Source: Armatimonadota bacterium (GTDB lineage: Bacteria > Armatimonadota > Fimbriimonadia > Fimbriimonadales > GBS-DC). Taken from it: a DNA stretch of 28,907 bases. The notes beneath the pieces were generated by a model that saw nothing but the letters and a program-made list of their open reading frames with translations, made no database searches and had not been told where the DNA came from. The translations under genes and the position numbers were made by a program. The stretch covers positions 1 through 28,907 of the forward strand of contig JBBIML010000033.1 of assembly GCA_037444405.1 (NCBI GenBank), written 5' to 3'. Below are positions 27,624-28,907 of this stretch, one piece after another; the stretch's first letter is position 1; each line of letters opens with the position of its first letter.

Positions 27624-28664
27624 TCAGGTGTTTTTGCGTCGCCGCAGCAACAGCCCCAGCAGCCCTGTGCAAAGGGCGGTCAGGCTGAACGGCTCGGGCA
27701 CCATGTCGCAGGCGTTGTTGATCCAGTTAGCGTAGTTGGCAAGTCGTGCATCCCACCAGCTATAACCTGCATTCACGCGAACAGGGTTCCCCATATTGTC
27801 GGCGTCATACTCTGTAAAAGAGTGAACCCCTGTCAGAACCCACTGGTTTCCGCTGAGCTGTAGAGAAGGGCCTCCGGAGTCGCCAAACAGCACGTGTGCT
27901 TCGCCAGTATTCGCAGTGAAATCCAGATCAGCGCGTAGGGCGGTGAACCGATAGTGCTTGCGATTAGGCGCCTCGCCAGCGTCGACATCTTCCCCGTTAG
28001 GATTCTCCCAGGTATTGCGCCCAGCCTCGAAAGTGCCGTAGATCCTGACAATATTGTAGAAATTCCCGGCCCCTCTCCGTCCCTGCATCCCGTAACCGGC
28101 AGCGACGAGATTGTGATTGGGCGGCGCTGCAATGGCTATGCTATCGGGGATGTTGGGGATTTCATCGCGCTGACCATTGCCGTTAACATCGCGAATGAAC
28201 ACGCCCAGCATCGCCAGATCGACCCATGTGCCATCGTTGTTTTGCGGACCTCGAAACATTAGACTGGCGCGGAACTCCAGACGGTCGTAGTCCTCCCGAT
28301 CCCTTGGCAAGCCACCCCCACGAAAGCCTATTGACCATGTTCGGGGGTGCCCAACCACATGATCAGCGGTCAGCACGCAGAGCCACCAGCCATTGGCAGC
28401 AGGCTTGACATGGATGACTGTGCCTGAACCTCCGCCTGAACCGTCATCTACGCCAATCCGGACAATCGCGTCCCTTATCCCTGCAGGCAGAGTGACGCGT
28501 GTGTTTTGCTGGGCGATGGAAAATCCAGGCAGGGTTGAGCTCAAAAGGCTCGCTGTGATACCGAGAGAAACCAGTATGAGCCGCCTGGTGCGGCAAGTCG
28601 CCAGAATGGCTTGCATGGCAAACGCCAGTCCGCTGTACCGTGCAATTGCTCTATCGCTTCTCAT
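27624..28664 (-). CDS. Secreted trypsin-like (S1) serine protease with PEP-CTERM sorting signal
   Basis: Triad motifs VLTADHV, DLAML, GDSGGP. C-terminus VPEPFSLTALCTGLLGLLLRRRK. Signal peptide and AGGAGG RBS. Confidence 0.9.
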   Translation of the reverse strand: MRSDRAIARYSGLAFAMQAILATCRTRRLILVSLGITASLLSSTLPGFSIAQQNTRVTLPAGIRDAIVRIGVDDGSGGGSGTVIHVKPAANGWWLCVLTADHVVGHPRTWSIGFRGGGLPRDREDYDRLEFRASLMFRGPQNNDGTWVDLAMLGVFIRDVNGNGQRDEIPNIPDSIAIAAPPNHNLVAAGYGMQGRRGAGNFYNIVRIYGTFEAGRNTWENPNGEDVDAGEAPNRKHYRFTALRADLDFTANTGEAHVLFGDSGGPSLQLSGNQWVLTGVHSFTEYDADNMGNPVRVNAGYSWWDARLANYANWINNACDMVPEPFSLTALCTGLLGLLLRRRKNT

Positions 28665-28782
28665 GGTTCAAGATCCTCCTTTCGAAGGGGCGGTGCTGGG
28701 CTGCAGCTCCCGCGTTCCCTTCCAGCAGGAGAAGACTCGGCTTTCGCACGGGGCGTTGCAAGTTTTAAGAGGGATTCCCAGC

Positions 28783-28907
28783 TCAGCGCCACAGGTCGCG
28801 TTCCACATCGGCGCGGAAGCGATGGAAGCTGGCTGCCTCCATGCGCTCCCACTGCTGGCGCACATTATACAGCCCCTGCATGCAGACCTCAAAATTCTCC
28901 GAGAGCT
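28783..28907 (-). CDS. 3' end of a gene entering from beyond the window
   Basis: Open frame ...LSENFEVCMQGLYNVRQQWERMEAASFHRFRADVERDLWR*. Confidence 0.55.
   Translation of the reverse strand, partial: LSENFEVCMQGLYNVRQQWERMEAASFHRFRADVERDLWR

Noticed and set aside
28864..28869. TATAAT on the minus strand as the PEP-CTERM promoter
   Set aside because: Falls inside the upstream CDS as Tyr-Asn codons, about 200 nt from the start; unsupported.

Overview
This is a GC-rich bacterial window. An Armatimonadota/Fimbriimonadia-like origin is a weak inference from gene style and the PEP-CTERM protein. The window has three parts. (1) 26-6298, minus strand, is an accessory operon: truncated YbjN-like gene, start-less receiver-domain ORF, hypothetical, NYN nuclease, ECF sigma factor, a small partner protein with an in-frame TAG, and a large Lon(S16)-like protease-NACHT NTPase-HEAT fusion. 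This is the best candidate for an undescribed system: a CRISPR-independent, STAND-activated protease/sigma-release circuit. (2) 6587-22980 is mostly housekeeping: DtxR/MntR regulator, accD, accA, tyrA, TlpA-TPR redoxin, orphan nuoL, Ca/Na antiporter, PAS histidine kinase, nitrilase-family enzyme, TPR proteins, DUF4091 glycoside-hydrolase-like protein and Gfo/Idh/MocA oxidoreductase. It also holds two eroded pseudogenes and GTAG-type REP-like palindromes sitting in frame inside coding genes. (3) 23097-28907 is a TPR-CHAT caspase-like protease convergent with a PEP-CTERM trypsin-like protease, an ECF sigma and a ZAS anti-sigma. I saw no rRNA, tRNA, CRISPR array or transposase. All assignments come from motif reading; no database searches were run.
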